From: Dehalococcoidia bacterium
GTDB lineage: Bacteria; Chloroflexota; Dehalococcoidia; UBA2979
Assembly (NCBI GenBank): GCA_965262725.1
Contig: OZ253555.1
Location: forward strand, 608,001-672,000
Direction: 5' to 3'
DNA length: 64,000 bases
Position numbers and translations under genes: made by a program. Of the stretch, positions 1-10,876 are shown one piece after another; the stretch's first letter is position 1; the number at the start of each line of letters is the position of its first letter. The notes under the pieces are model-generated. The model searched no databases. It was not told the DNA's origin and saw nothing but the letters and a program-made list of their open reading frames with translations.

Positions 1-99
1 TGGACCGTCGTGATGCAGGACGGAGGGCTGAGCGCCCACTTTGAGGAGACCGTCGCGATCACCGACGGCGAGCCGGAGGTGTTCACCCGCATCCGCTAG
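1..99 (+). CDS. map: Methionine aminopeptidase, C-terminal end (partial)
   Basis: Translates [32 protein letters not shown], the SAHFEHT-like C-terminal motif, in the usual position before infA. Confidence 0.85.
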   Translation, partial: WTVVMQDGGLSAHFEETVAITDGEPEVFTRIR

Positions 100-130
100 A
101 GGCGGTGCGGGGGACGCACGAGGGGGAGCT

Positions 131-385
131 GTGGGACGAGGTCGGCGGGCGAAGCCGCAGAAGACGAAGCAGAAGAAGGAGGTCATCGAGGTCGAGGGCG
201 TGGTGAAGGAGGCGCGGCCGAACGCGATGTTCGACATCGAGCTCGCCAACGGACACCACGTGCTGGCGAGCGTCTCCGGGCGCATGCGGATGCACTACAT
301 TCGCATCCTGCTCGGCGACCGCGTGCTGGTGGAGCTCTCGCCCTACGATCTCTCGCGCGGGCGGATCACGTACCGATTCCGCTAG
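131..385 (+). CDS. infA: Translation initiation factor IF-1
   Basis: [50 protein letters not shown]; GTG start after GGAG. Confidence 0.95.
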   Translation: MGRGRRAKPQKTKQKKEVIEVEGVVKEARPNAMFDIELANGHHVLASVSGRMRMHYIRILLGDRVLVELSPYDLSRGRITYRFR

Positions 386-416
386 AAGACGACCGGCGAC
401 GGAACGGAGCCCGGGG

Positions 417-530
417 ATGAAGGTATCGGCATCGGTGAGGCGGCGCTGCGACCGTTGCCAGATCATCCGACGACACGGGCGGCTGCGGGTGATCTGCAGC
501 AATCCGAAGCACAAGCAGCGACAGGGCTAG
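417..530 (+). CDS. rpmJ: 50S ribosomal protein L36 (absent from the ORF track)
   Basis: [37 protein letters not shown], zinc-binding form. Confidence 0.97.
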   Translation: MKVSASVRRRCDRCQIIRRHGRLRVICSNPKHKQRQG

Positions 531-540
531 GAGCACCCGG

Positions 541-921
541 ATGGCACGAGTCGCCGGCGTCGAGATTCCCGACAACAAGCAAATCTTGTTCTCGCTGCGG
601 TATGTCTACGGCATCGGCCATACCACGGCGCGGAAGATCCTCGCGCAAGCGCAGATCGACGAGACGACGAAGGTGCGCGATCTGAGCGACGCCGAGCTCG
701 TGCGCATGCGGGCAATCGTCGAGAACGAGCACACGGTGGAGGGGGACCTGCGCCGCGAGGTGCGGGGCAACATCCAGAGACTGGTCGAGATCAACTGTTA
801 TCGGGGCAACCGCCACCGTCGGGGTCTGCCCGTGCGCGGCCAGCGCACGAAGACCAACGCGCGGACCAGGCGCGGCGCGCGTCGAACGGTGGCCGGCAGG
901 CGGCGGGCACCGCGGAAGTAA
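541..921 (+). CDS. rpsM: 30S ribosomal protein S13
   Basis: [10 protein letters not shown]...YGIG...[20 protein letters not shown]. Confidence 0.97.
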   Translation: MARVAGVEIPDNKQILFSLRYVYGIGHTTARKILAQAQIDETTKVRDLSDAELVRMRAIVENEHTVEGDLRREVRGNIQRLVEINCYRGNRHRRGLPVRGQRTKTNARTRRGARRTVAGRRRAPRK

Positions 922-972
922 CGCGGCGCGGGGCGGCCGAGCGGCGGCCGCCCGCGAGCGAGGGGGATATGC

Positions 973-1365
973 GTGGGACGAGGGCGAGCCACCCGTGTGC
1001 GCAGGCGCGAGCGCAAGAACGTGCCGCGCGGACGCGCCTACATCGCGTCGACGTTCAACAACACCGTGATCACCCTGACCGATCCGAACGGCAACGTGAT
1101 CGCCTGGGGGAGCGGTGGCACGGCCGGCTTCACCGGCTCCCGCAAGAGCACGCCGTACGCGGCCCAGCTCGCCGCCGAGGGCGCCGCCCAGAGGGCGACG
1201 GAGCACGGCATGCGTGAGGTCGAAGTCTTCGTGAAGGGTCCGGGCTCGGGGCGCGAGGCGGCCATCCGCGCGCTGCAGGCCTCCGGGGTGCGCGTGGCCG
1301 CGATCCGCGACGTGACGCCCATCCCGCACAACGGATGCCGCGCGAGGCGCCGCCCGCGGAAGTAG
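973..1365 (+). CDS. rpsK: 30S ribosomal protein S11
   Basis: STFNNT...[14 protein letters not shown]...[11 protein letters not shown]. Confidence 0.97.
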   Translation: MGRGRATRVRRRERKNVPRGRAYIASTFNNTVITLTDPNGNVIAWGSGGTAGFTGSRKSTPYAAQLAAEGAAQRATEHGMREVEVFVKGPGSGREAAIRALQASGVRVAAIRDVTPIPHNGCRARRRPRK

Positions 1366-1423
1366 GAGAAAAGATCTCGCCCCGGGCGCCCGCGAGGGCC
1401 GGGGCGGAAGACTCGGGGGTCGT

Positions 1424-2032
1424 ATGGCGCGTTATCGGGGTCCGAAGTGTCGCAAGTGTCGCCGCTACGGCGCGTCGATCTGCGGATCGGCGCGCTGCGC
1501 CCTCACGAGGCGCTCCTACCCTCCGGGGCCCCGTCCGGCGCGCCGGCGGAAGGTCTCCGACCGGGGGCTCCAGCTGATCGAGAAGCAGAAGGTCCGCTTC
1601 GCCTACGGCGTCATGGAGAAGCAGTTCCGCCGCTACTACCTCCACGCCGTCGGGCGCCCGGGCCCGACGGGCGAGGAGTTGATGCGCCAGCTCGAGGAGC
1701 GCCTCGACAATGTCGTCTACAGAATGGGTCTCGGCAGCACCCGCGCGCAGGCGCGCCAGCTCGTCACGCACGGACACGTGGCGGTCAACGGGCGCAAGCT
1801 CGATATTCCGAGCGCGCGGGTGCACGTGGGCTGGCAGGTGGGACTGACGTCGCGCGGCGCGGGCACGGAGTACGCGAAGATCGTCACGGAGGAGATCCGC
1901 GGTCGGGAGGTCCCCGGCTGGCTGGAGGTTGACCGCGAGCAGCTCACGGGGCGCGTCGCCGCGGAGCCGGGGCCCGGCGACATCGATCCCCACTTCAACC
2001 CCAGCGCGATTGTCGAGTACTACTCACGGTGA
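1424..2032 (+). CDS. rpsD: 30S ribosomal protein S4
   Basis: MARYRGP, EKQKVRFAYG, LEERLDNVVYRMG; N-terminal 4-Cys motif. Confidence 0.96.
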   Translation: MARYRGPKCRKCRRYGASICGSARCALTRRSYPPGPRPARRRKVSDRGLQLIEKQKVRFAYGVMEKQFRRYYLHAVGRPGPTGEELMRQLEERLDNVVYRMGLGSTRAQARQLVTHGHVAVNGRKLDIPSARVHVGWQVGLTSRGAGTEYAKIVTEEIRGREVPGWLEVDREQLTGRVAAEPGPGDIDPHFNPSAIVEYYSR

Positions 2033-2102
2033 TGAGTGGCGCCCCGCAGGGGCGCGCATGTGGGGCCGCGGTGTGGCGGTCGTTCACGCGGAGAGGTGCT
2101 GA

Positions 2103-3203
2103 GTGGCTCACGACCTGTTGATTCCCGAGATCCGCGTCGAGGTGGAAGAGGACGACTACGCGCGCATCGTGGCCGAGCCTCTGGAACCGGGTTTCGGTAC
2201 GACGCTGGGCAATTCGCTGCGGCGGATCCTGCTCTCGTCGCTCCCCGGAGCCGCCATCACGTCCGTGCGCATCGAGGGCGTCGAACATGAGTTCTCGACG
2301 CTCGAGCATATGAAGGAGGACGTCACGGAGTTCCTCCTGAACCTCAAGAGCGTGAGGCTGCGCGCCTACGCGGATCGACCCGCGCGCCTCTTCCTTGAGT
2401 CCTCGGGGGAGAGCGAGATCACGGCCGGCATGATCCAATGCACAGCCGACTATGAGGTCGTCAACCCCGACCTCCACCTCGCCTCGCTCGACGATGCGAG
2501 CGCGTCGGTGGTGGTCGACATAAATGCTGAGACGGGACGCGGCTTTGTGCCGGCCACGGTCTCGGAGGATCTGGTGATCGGCGTGATTCCGGTGGATGCG
2601 ATCTTCACGCCCGTCAAGCGCGTCAACTACAACGTGTCGCACACGCGCGTCGGGCAGGCGACGAACTACGATCGCCTCGACCTCGAGGTCTGGACGGACG
2701 GCTCCGTCAGAGGGGAGGATGCCGTCGCGCTCGCGGCCGAGATCCTCCGCGAGCAGATGCTGCCGTTCCACCGTCTCGGGAGGCCCGACGCCGTCGGGCT
2801 CACGTCCGGCGAGCCCGAGCGCCCCCGAGAGGGCTACGACACTCCCGTCGAGTCGCTCGGGCTCTCGGTTCGCGCCTTCAATTGCCTGAAGCGCTCCGGC
2901 CTGACGACGGTCGGGGCGGTGCTCGAGAAGTCGGAGGAGGAGCTGCTGGCGCTCCGCAACTTCGGCGACAAGTCGTACGAGGAGCTGCGCGACAGGCTCG
3001 TCGAGCGCGGTTTCTCGCCCCCGCGGTCGGAGGCGCGCCGCGTGGTTGCGGAGGCGGCCGCGGCCTCCGAGCCCGCGGCTCCTGCCGACGAGGACGGCGC
3101 GCCGGATCTCGACGAGACTGACGCCGACGGCGTGAGCGTCTTCGGCCGCGCGCTGATCGAGGCGCTGCGCGAGGCGGGCGCCGACGGCGGGGAGCGCGGA
3201 TAA
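2103..3203 (+). CDS. rpoA: RNA polymerase alpha subunit
   Basis: EPLEPGFGTTLGNSLRRILLSS; CTD LSVRAFNCLKR; acidic C-terminal tail. Confidence 0.97.
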   Translation: MAHDLLIPEIRVEVEEDDYARIVAEPLEPGFGTTLGNSLRRILLSSLPGAAITSVRIEGVEHEFSTLEHMKEDVTEFLLNLKSVRLRAYADRPARLFLESSGESEITAGMIQCTADYEVVNPDLHLASLDDASASVVVDINAETGRGFVPATVSEDLVIGVIPVDAIFTPVKRVNYNVSHTRVGQATNYDRLDLEVWTDGSVRGEDAVALAAEILREQMLPFHRLGRPDAVGLTSGEPERPREGYDTPVESLGLSVRAFNCLKRSGLTTVGAVLEKSEEELLALRNFGDKSYEELRDRLVERGFSPPRSEARRVVAEAAAASEPAAPADEDGAPDLDETDADGVSVFGRALIEALREAGADGGERG

Positions 3204-3247
3204 TGCGCCCCCGGGCGGACGCCCCCCGGGCTAGGTGAGGAGCGGGC

Positions 3248-3598
3248 ATGCGGCATCGGGTGAGCGGTCGACGGTTCGACATGCCTACCGCGCAGCGGAT
3301 GGCGATGTTCCGGAACCTGACCACGGACGTCCTGCGGCATGGCGCGGTGGAGACGACACAGGCGCGCGCGAAGGAGACGCGGCGCTTCGTCGATCGCATG
3401 ATCACCCTCGGCAAGCGCGGGACGCTGCACGCGAGGCGACAGGCACTCGCCTTCATCTACGACCCGGAGGTTGTCGCGGCGCTCTTCGATGAGATCGCCC
3501 CGCGCTACCAGGAGCGCCCCGGCGGGTACACGCGCGTGACGACCCTCGGCCGGCGCCACGGCGACGCGTCGCTGATGGCCCGGCTGGAGCTCGTCTGA
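3248..3598 (+). CDS. rplQ: 50S ribosomal protein L17
   Basis: MRHR...ETTQARAKE...RPGGYTRV. Confidence 0.96.
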   Translation: MRHRVSGRRFDMPTAQRMAMFRNLTTDVLRHGAVETTQARAKETRRFVDRMITLGKRGTLHARRQALAFIYDPEVVAALFDEIAPRYQERPGGYTRVTTLGRRHGDASLMARLELV

Positions 3599-3616
3599 GG
3601 ACGGAAGCAGAACCCG

Positions 3617-4444
3617 GTGGTGCCGGCTGGCCGGCGCTACGCGCTGCTGCTGGAGTACGACGGGACGGACTTTGCGGGATCGCAGCTGCAGCGCGGGGCC
3701 CGCACCGTGCAAGGAGAGGTGGAGGAGGCGGCTCGACGGTTCTCCGGGACTCTGGTGCGCGTGGCCTTCGCCGGGCGCACGGACTCCGGCGTGCACGCGG
3801 CGGGCCAGGTCGCGGCCCTGACGCTCCCCGGCACACACTCGCCGGAGACCGTCCGGGACGCGCTCAACCACTACCTCACGGAGGACGTGGCGGTGCGCGC
3901 CGCCGGCCTTGCGGGAGAGCGGTTCGATCCGAGGCGGGAGGCTCTGGGGAGGGTCTACCGCTATCGGCTGGTGGATGGGAGGCCGCGGTCGCCGCTCGGG
4001 CGGCGGTGGGCCTGGGAGCGCCGCGCGACACTCGATGGGTGCGCGATGGCGGAGGCGACGGCGCTGTGGCCGCGGGAGCCGACGGACTGGGCGGCCTATG
4101 CCGGACCGGTGCCGGCGGGCTATCCGACCGTCCGCACGCTGCGCCGCTGTGAGGTGCGCCGTCGGGGCGTCGGACGCCTCGACGTGACGGTGGAGGCGGA
4201 CGGCTTTCTTCCCCGCCAGGTGCGCCGCATGGTCGGCGTGCTGGAGCGGGTGGGGTCGGGGCGAGAAGCGATCGGGTCGCCCGCAGCGCTGCTCGGGGCG
4301 GGGGCGGGAAGCGCCGGTCCGACGGCGCCGGCCCGCGGACTGGAGCTGTTACGGGTGCGGTACGCGCCGGAGACGGTGGATTGGGAGCCGGGGATCCCCG
4401 ATGGCGGGGACCGGGGAGCCGGGATGTGCGATGACGACGACTAA
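3617..4444 (+). CDS. truA: tRNA pseudouridine(38-40) synthase
   Basis: EYDGTDFAGSQ, AGRTDSGVHA, TAPARGL. Confidence 0.93.
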   Translation: MVPAGRRYALLLEYDGTDFAGSQLQRGARTVQGEVEEAARRFSGTLVRVAFAGRTDSGVHAAGQVAALTLPGTHSPETVRDALNHYLTEDVAVRAAGLAGERFDPRREALGRVYRYRLVDGRPRSPLGRRWAWERRATLDGCAMAEATALWPREPTDWAAYAGPVPAGYPTVRTLRRCEVRRRGVGRLDVTVEADGFLPRQVRRMVGVLERVGSGREAIGSPAALLGAGAGSAGPTAPARGLELLRVRYAPETVDWEPGIPDGGDRGAGMCDDDD

Positions 4445-5231
4445 GACCTACCGCCTGCGGGGCAGCGAGATGCAGCGTGCCTGGCACGTCCTCGATGCTG
4501 ATTCGCGTCCGCTCGGCCGTCTCGCCTCGGAGGCGGCGTCGCTCTTGCTCGGCAAGCACAAGCCCGCCTACGAGCCCCATCTCGCGATGGGCGACTTCGT
4601 CGTCGTCGTCAACGCCGCGCGCGTCGCGGTGACGGGAGAGAAGTCGCGCCAGAAGGTCTACTACCGCCACTCGGGCTACCCGGGCGGTCTGCGCGAGCGC
4701 ACGCTCGAACAGCAGCTCGCGCGCGATCCGCGCACCGTCATCGAGCGTGCCGTGCGCGGGATGCTGCCGCACAACTCCCGGGGCCGCGAGCTCTTCCGCC
4801 ATCTCAAGGTGTACGCCGGAGCGGAGCACCCGCACGAGGCGCAGCTCGCCGCGGGAACGGGCGCGCGATCCCGCCGCCGCCGGAACCGGGTCGACGCCGC
4901 GCTGATCCAGGGTGATGGCGCGGCCGAGCCGATGACCGTCGCGGTGGCGGATCCGGTCGCTCCCGGGACCGAGCCGGCTCCCGAACCGGCGGCAGATCCG
5001 AGGGCTTCTGCTCCGGCGGTCGCGGGCGATGAGGGCCCCGCCGAGGCCCCGTCCGAGGCGGCCGCGGCCCGACCGTCGGGCCCGCTGAGCCGCTGGACGC
5101 GTGCTCAGCTCGACGCCGAGGCGACACGCCTCGGCGTCGTGATCGAAACAGGTTGGACGAAGCCGGATGTGATCGCCGCCATTCGCGCGCACGGCGCGTC
5201 GGAGGCCGGCGCGCAAGAACAGGACGGGTAA
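4431..5231 (+). CDS. rplM: 50S ribosomal protein L13 with a long C-terminal extension
   Basis: WHVLDA..LGRLAS, YYRHSGYPGGL, VRGMLP, HPHEAQ, then about 120 extra residues. Confidence 0.95.
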   Translation: MTTTKTYRLRGSEMQRAWHVLDADSRPLGRLASEAASLLLGKHKPAYEPHLAMGDFVVVVNAARVAVTGEKSRQKVYYRHSGYPGGLRERTLEQQLARDPRTVIERAVRGMLPHNSRGRELFRHLKVYAGAEHPHEAQLAAGTGARSRRRRNRVDAALIQGDGAAEPMTVAVADPVAPGTEPAPEPAADPRASAPAVAGDEGPAEAPSEAAAARPSGPLSRWTRAQLDAEATRLGVVIETGWTKPDVIAAIRAHGASEAGAQEQDG

Positions 5232-5234
5232 CCA

Positions 5235-5639
5235 ATGACCACTGATCAGCAACAGCACTACTACTACGGACTCGGCCGGCGGAAGAGTTCGATCGCGCGG
5301 GTGCGGCTCTACCCCGGCGCCGGAGCGGTCGTCGTCAACGGCCGGCCGGTCGAGGATGTGATCCCGCGCGCCTCGCTCAGGCAGGAAATGCTGCGTCCCC
5401 TCGCCGTGACGGGCGCCCTCGGCCGCTTCAACGTGCAGGTCAAGGCGACCGGGGGCGGCGTCTCCGGCTGGGCCGGCGCCATTCGCCACGGCATCGCACG
5501 GGCGCTGCTCGTCGTCGACGAGAGCAACCGCCGGCCGCTGCGGACCCAGGGGCTGCTCACGCGCGACCCACGCGTGAAGGAGCGCAAGAAGCCCGGTCTC
5601 AAGCGGGCGCGCAAGGCTCCCCAGTACACCAAGCGCTAG
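5235..5639 (+). CDS. rpsI: 30S ribosomal protein S9
   Basis: [10 protein letters not shown]...[28 protein letters not shown]. Confidence 0.97.
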   Translation: MTTDQQQHYYYGLGRRKSSIARVRLYPGAGAVVVNGRPVEDVIPRASLRQEMLRPLAVTGALGRFNVQVKATGGGVSGWAGAIRHGIARALLVVDESNRRPLRTQGLLTRDPRVKERKKPGLKRARKAPQYTKR

Positions 5640-5690
5640 CGGCCAGGCTACCGACAGACACCTGTCGCTACGACTCGGTGATACGACACA

Positions 5691-7124
5691 CTAGGCGGTG
5701 ATGCCGGCGAGTTCACGTCCGGCGCGAAGCGCCGCCTGCACCTGCTCCCGCGAGGGCATCTCCGCGTAGATGCGCAGCAGCGGCTCGGTCCCACTGAAGC
5801 GTATCAGGAGCCACCAGCCCCCCTCGAGCTGGAAGCGATAGCCGTCGAGGGAGTCGATGGCGTCGACCGCGAGGCCGGCGATCTCGCGCGGCTCCGCGGA
5901 GGCGACGCGCGATCGGATCGCCTCCCTGTCCTCGCTCCGGACCACGATGTCCACGCGGTCGTACTCGTGCGGGCCGAGGTCGGCGCGGAGCCCGTCGAGG
6001 AGCTCCGACGGCGTCGTGCCGGTGCGCACCATGTAGTCGAGGAGCATCAGCCCCGAGAGCACGCCGTCTCGCTCCGGGATGTGGCCCCGGAACGCGTACC
6101 CACCGGACTCCTCCCCCGCGATCAAAGCGTCCGTCTCCATCATGCGCGGGCCGAGGAAGCGGAAGCCGACCTGCGTCTCGTGGACGGGGCAGCCGTAGGT
6201 CTCGCCGAGGCGGTCCACCATGCGCGACATCGTGACCGAGCGGACGATGGGCCCGCGCTCCCCGCGCTCGGCGAGGAGATAGCGCGTGAGCAGCGCGAAG
6301 GCCTGATGCTGCGTGACGTAACGCCCGTGCTCGTCGATGAGCCCGAAGCGATCGCCGTCGCCGTCGGTGGCGAGGCCGACGCCGTAGCCGCCGTGAGCGA
6401 TCATCGTCATCGGCTCGCCGAGGTTCGATGCGATCGGCTCGGGTGCACGCAACCCGGGGAACGCCGGATTGGGCGCCCCGTGGATTTCGGTGATCCGGGT
6501 GGATGCGCCCGACCCGATCGCGGCGGCGATCCAGCCGGCCGCGGCGCCGTACATTGAGTCGACGAGCACCGAGATCCCCGCGCTGCGGATGGCCTCGATG
6601 TCGACGAAGGAACGTACCGCCTCGAGGTAGGATGTCCGTCCATCGATGCGCCGGATCGCGCCCCGCGCCTCGGCCTCCCCGGCGTCGACCCGCAGCACGC
6701 GCCCTTGGGCGCGGATGGCGGGCACGGCCTGCTCGATCTCATCCGTCACCGCGGGCACGGCGGCGCCGCCGTACGCCGGCTTCACCTTGAAGCCGTTCCA
6801 CCGCGCCGGGTTGTGGCTCGCGGTGATCATGATGCCCGAGCCGGCACCGCGCTCAATCACGGCGAAGGAGAGCGCGGGGGTGGGGAGCGGAGCGTCGGAG
6901 AGGGCCACGCGGATTCCGTTTCCGGCCATCACCTCCGCGGCGGCGGCCGCAAAGGAGTCGGAGAGGAACCGCGTGTCGTAGCCGATCACGATCTCGCGGT
7001 CGGCGAGATCGTGGCCCCTGAGGTACTCGGCGGTCGCCTGCGTGAGGACGCGCACGTTGTCGAAGGTGTAGTCCTCGCCGATCACGGCGCGCCAGCCGTC
7101 CGTTCCGAAGCGGATGTCGCTCAT
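5691..7124 (-). CDS. Phosphoglucomutase/phosphomannomutase family protein
   Basis: FGTDGWR, TASHNP phosphoserine motif, DGDGDR, GEESGG, RFSGTEP. Confidence 0.93.
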   Translation of the reverse strand: MSDIRFGTDGWRAVIGEDYTFDNVRVLTQATAEYLRGHDLADREIVIGYDTRFLSDSFAAAAAEVMAGNGIRVALSDAPLPTPALSFAVIERGAGSGIMITASHNPARWNGFKVKPAYGGAAVPAVTDEIEQAVPAIRAQGRVLRVDAGEAEARGAIRRIDGRTSYLEAVRSFVDIEAIRSAGISVLVDSMYGAAAGWIAAAIGSGASTRITEIHGAPNPAFPGLRAPEPIASNLGEPMTMIAHGGYGVGLATDGDGDRFGLIDEHGRYVTQHQAFALLTRYLLAERGERGPIVRSVTMSRMVDRLGETYGCPVHETQVGFRFLGPRMMETDALIAGEESGGYAFRGHIPERDGVLSGLMLLDYMVRTGTTPSELLDGLRADLGPHEYDRVDIVVRSEDREAIRSRVASAEPREIAGLAVDAIDSLDGYRFQLEGGWWLLIRFSGTEPLLRIYAEMPSREQVQAALRAGRELAGITA

Positions 7125-8242
7125 CTCGTCCCGCCGGTCCTCTCCGCGTCCCCGAAGGTGGCGCCTGGCTCGATCGCGGCACCGCGGGGAACGGTGGCGC
7201 CGGGCGGGATCCGCGCCCCATGCGCGACGACGGCGTCGTGGACCACCGCGCCCGCGCCGACGACCGCGCCTGAGGCAAGCACGCTCCCCTCCACGCGCGC
7301 TCCCTCCCCGATGGTCACGTCGTCCCAGAGGACGGATCGCGTCACGCGCGCTCCCTCCCCGATGCTACAGCGCGGGCCGACCACGGCCGGCCCGCTCACG
7401 CGTGCGCCCTCCGCGAGCCGGCTCCCCGCGCCGATGAGGACGGGTTCCTCCCCCTCCGCCGCCGTCGCGAGATCGCCGCGTCCGTCGTCGCCCGTTCGGA
7501 CGAGGTCGAGGTTCGCGCTCAGGTAGGCGCGCGGCGTGCCCACATCCGTCCAGTAGCCCTCGTGCGGCACGCCGAGGAGGGCGCGGCCGGCGTCGGCCAG
7601 GGAGGGGAAGAGGTCCTCCTCCACACGGTGGAAGCGATCGGAATCCATCTCGTCGAGCAGCGCGGGGTCGAAGATCCACATCCCGGCGTTGATCCAGTGC
7701 GAGGGCGCGCTCCCCGGCGGAGGCTTCTCCACGAAGCGCTCGATCAGCGCGGGGCCCCGGGCCCCCCGGTCGGCCCCCCTGCCCCGGAGCACGGCGACGC
7801 CGAAGGGCGAGGGATCCTCGACGGAGACCAGCCCGATCGAGAGCTCGGCGCGCCGCGCGCGGTGTGCCGCGGCCATCGCCCCGATGTCGAAGTCCGTCAG
7901 GATGTCGCCGTTCAGCACGAGGAAGGGCTCGCTCGACAGGGTTCCCTCGTCGCGCCAGCCACGGGCGACGCGCGCGATCGCGCCTCCCGAGCCGAGCGGC
8001 GTCTCCTCGTAGGCGTAGCCGAGCTCGACGCCGAGCGCGGAGCCGCTTCCGAGCGCCTCGCGCATCGATTCGGTTCGGTGCGTCATGGCCAGCGTGACGC
8101 GCCGCACGCCGTGACGGTGGAGATGGCGCAGCAGATGCTCGAGGAGGGGGCGGTTGGCGATGGGCACCAGCTGCTTCGGTGTACGCCACGTGAGCGGTCG
8201 CAACCGCGTGCCCTCGCCACCGACGAGAACGATTGCGCGCAT
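7121..8242 (-). CDS. Sugar-phosphate nucleotidyltransferase (mannose-1-phosphate guanylyltransferase-like)
   Basis: MRAIVLVGGEGTRLRPLT..PK, FVEKP, C-terminal hexapeptide repeats. Confidence 0.9.
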   Translation of the reverse strand: MRAIVLVGGEGTRLRPLTWRTPKQLVPIANRPLLEHLLRHLHRHGVRRVTLAMTHRTESMREALGSGSALGVELGYAYEETPLGSGGAIARVARGWRDEGTLSSEPFLVLNGDILTDFDIGAMAAAHRARRAELSIGLVSVEDPSPFGVAVLRGRGADRGARGPALIERFVEKPPPGSAPSHWINAGMWIFDPALLDEMDSDRFHRVEEDLFPSLADAGRALLGVPHEGYWTDVGTPRAYLSANLDLVRTGDDGRGDLATAAEGEEPVLIGAGSRLAEGARVSGPAVVGPRCSIGEGARVTRSVLWDDVTIGEGARVEGSVLASGAVVGAGAVVHDAVVAHGARIPPGATVPRGAAIEPGATFGDAERTGGTR

Positions 8243-8324
8243 CGAGGGGATCGTAGGGCAGCGCCCGGGACCGAACAACCGGGACGCCCCCGGGGTCACC
8301 CCGGGGGCGCCGCGAGCGAGCGGG

Positions 8325-9539
8325 TCAGTCGGCAGCGGCCCGCAGATCCTCGACGCGGTCGAGGCGCTCCCACGGTGCCTCGCTCTCATCGCGTCCGAAG
8401 TGTCCGTAGGCGGCGAGCGGGCGGTAGATGGGTCGCCACAGTCCCAGCGTCTCGATGATGGCCCGCGGGCGCAGGTCGAAGTGCTCGCGCACGAGTCGGG
8501 CCAGCGTCTCGTGGTCGAGGCGGCTCGTCCCGAAGCTCTCCACGCTCACCGAGGTGGGCCGCGCCACGCCGATCCCGTAGGAGAGCTGCACCTCGAGCCG
8601 CTCGGCGAGTCCGGCGGCGACCAGGTTCTTGGCGATGTAGCGCGCGGCGTAGGCGGCGGAACGGTCGACCTTCGACGGATCTTTCCCGGAGAAGGCGCCC
8701 CCGCCGTGCCGGGCGATGCCGCCGTAGGTGTCGACGATGATCTTGCGTCCCGTGAGGCCGGCGTCCCCCATCGGCCCCCCCGTCACGAAACGCCCCGTCG
8801 GGTTCACGAGGATGCGAGTGGGGCGATCCACGTCCAGGAGCTCCGGCGGGCAGATGGCTCGGATCACGTGGCTCTCCACGTCGCGCCTCAGTTCGGCCGT
8901 GTCGACGTCGGGCTCGTGCTGCGTCGAAATGACCACCGTATCGATGCGTCGCGGGACGCCGTGGGCGTACTCGACCGTCACCTGCGACTTCCCGTCGGGA
9001 CGGAGGTAGGGGAGAGTGTCCGCCCTGCGGAGTTCCGCGAGGCGCCGCACGAGTCGGTGCGCGAGCGTGATCGTGAGCGGCATGTACTCCGGCGTCTCGT
9101 TGCAGGCGAAGCCGACCATCATTCCCTGATCGCCGGCGCCGAGCAGATCGAGAGGGTCGACCCCGTCCTCCCGCCCGCGCGCCTCCAGCGCGTGCTCGAC
9201 GCCGAGGGCGATGTCCTGTGACTGCTCCTTGATCGCGTTCAGGACGCCGCACGTCTCCCAGTCGAAGCCGAGGCTGGAGCGGTCGTAGCCGATCTCGCGC
9301 ACCGTGTTGCGGACGATGGCCTGCAGATCGACGTAGGCGGACGTCGTGATCTCGCCGAAGACGAGAACGAACCCGGTCGTCGTGGCCGCCTCGCAGGCGA
9401 CGCGCGCGTTGGGATCCTCCGCGAGGATCGCGTCGAGCACGGCGTCCGCGACCTGATCGCAGAGCTTGTCGGGATGGCCCTCCGTCACCGACTCGCTCGT
9501 CAGCAGCAGAGAGGGTGAGACCTGGAAACTCGTCGCCAC
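8325..9539 (-). CDS. metK: S-adenosylmethionine synthetase
   Basis: [26 protein letters not shown]. Confidence 0.97.
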   Translation of the reverse strand: MATSFQVSPSLLLTSESVTEGHPDKLCDQVADAVLDAILAEDPNARVACEAATTTGFVLVFGEITTSAYVDLQAIVRNTVREIGYDRSSLGFDWETCGVLNAIKEQSQDIALGVEHALEARGREDGVDPLDLLGAGDQGMMVGFACNETPEYMPLTITLAHRLVRRLAELRRADTLPYLRPDGKSQVTVEYAHGVPRRIDTVVISTQHEPDVDTAELRRDVESHVIRAICPPELLDVDRPTRILVNPTGRFVTGGPMGDAGLTGRKIIVDTYGGIARHGGGAFSGKDPSKVDRSAAYAARYIAKNLVAAGLAERLEVQLSYGIGVARPTSVSVESFGTSRLDHETLARLVREHFDLRPRAIIETLGLWRPIYRPLAAYGHFGRDESEAPWERLDRVEDLRAAAD

Positions 9540-9577
9540 GACGCCCTCGCCTTCTCGATTCGCCCCCGGCTCGGGGC

Positions 9578-10876
9578 CTACGCCTCGGGGTCCGCGGGGA
9601 CGGCGGCGTCCCACGTGTTCAGGTAGCGGCGCTGCGCGTCGGTGAGAGTGTCGATCCTGATGCCCATCGCCTCGAGCTTCAGCCGCGCGACCTCCTGGTC
9701 GATCTCGAGCGGGACGTCGAGCACGCGCGACTCCATCCCGGCGTGCTCGTTCACCACGTACTCGGCACAGAGCGCTTGGTTCGCGAACGACATGTCCATC
9801 ACCGAGGCGGGGTGTCCCTCGGCGGCGCCGAGGTTGACGAGGCGGCCGCCGGCGAGCACGACGAGGTGCCGGCCATCCTGAAGCGTGTACTCCTCGACGT
9901 TGTCGCGGAGCGTGCGCCGCGCCTCGGTCAGGGCCTCGAGCGCGGGCAGGTTGATCTCCGAGTCGAAGTGCCCCGAGTTGGCGAGGATCGCGCCCGACTT
10001 CATGCGGGCGAACGCGGCCTCGTCGATCACGTTGATGTTCCCGGTCACGGTGATGAAGATGTCTCCCGCGGCGGCCGCCTCCGCGATCGGCATGACGCGG
10101 AAGCCGTCCATCGCCGCCTCCAGGGCGGGGAGCGGCTCCACCTCCGTGACGACCACCTGCGCTCCCATCCCCCGTGCACGGCTCGCGAGGCCGCGACCGC
10201 ACCACCCGTATCCGCAGACGACCAGCGTCTTGCCGGCGAGCAGCACGTTGGTGGCGCGGATGACGCCGTCGAGCGTGGACTGGCCCGTTCCGTAGCGGTT
10301 GTCGAAGAAGTGCTTGGTAGCGGCGTCGTTGACGGCGACGATCGGGTAGGCGAGCAGCCCCTCCGCGGAGAGCGCGCGCAGCCGGACCACGCCGGTCGTG
10401 GTCTCCTCCAGTCCACCGATGACATCCGGGAGGAGGTCGCGGCGCGAGGTGTGCAAGAGCGCCGTGAGATCGGCGCCGTCGTCGATGATGAGCTGTGGCC
10501 CGTGCCCGGTGACCTCCTCGAGGTGCCGCGCGTAGGTGGCGGCGTCCTCCCCCCGGAAGGCGAAAGTGGGAATGCCGTGCGCGTGGACCAGGGCGGCGGC
10601 GACCTCGTCCTGCGTGGAGAGCGGGTTGGAGGCGCAGAGCCGGATGTCGGCTCCCGCGTCCCCGAGCGTGAGCATCAGGTTCGCCGTCTCCGACGTGACG
10701 TGCAGGCAGCAGGCGATGCGCACTCCGGCGAGTGGCCGCTCGCGCGCGAACCGGCGCCGGATCTCCTCGATGACCGGCATCTCTCGCGCCGCCCACTCGA
10801 TGCGGCGCACACCGGCCAGCGCCAGCGAGCCGTCCGCGATCTCATGGGGCGTATCGACATCGCTGCGCGTCGTCAT
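9578..10876 (-). CDS. ahcY: Adenosylhomocysteinase
   Basis: [35 protein letters not shown]. Confidence 0.97.
   Translation of the reverse strand: MTTRSDVDTPHEIADGSLALAGVRRIEWAAREMPVIEEIRRRFARERPLAGVRIACCLHVTSETANLMLTLGDAGADIRLCASNPLSTQDEVAAALVHAHGIPTFAFRGEDAATYARHLEEVTGHGPQLIIDDGADLTALLHTSRRDLLPDVIGGLEETTTGVVRLRALSAEGLLAYPIVAVNDAATKHFFDNRYGTGQSTLDGVIRATNVLLAGKTLVVCGYGWCGRGLASRARGMGAQVVVTEVEPLPALEAAMDGFRVMPIAEAAAAGDIFITVTGNINVIDEAAFARMKSGAILANSGHFDSEINLPALEALTEARRTLRDNVEEYTLQDGRHLVVLAGGRLVNLGAAEGHPASVMDMSFANQALCAEYVVNEHAGMESRVLDVPLEIDQEVARLKLEAMGIRIDTLTDAQRRYLNTWDAAVPADPEA

Noticed and set aside
417-2032. Zinc-binding forms of L36 and S4
   Set aside because: Common variants, not unusual
8325-10796. 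823-aa MetK fusion
   Set aside because: The N-terminal half is an alternative frame over ahcY; the real start is near 9539
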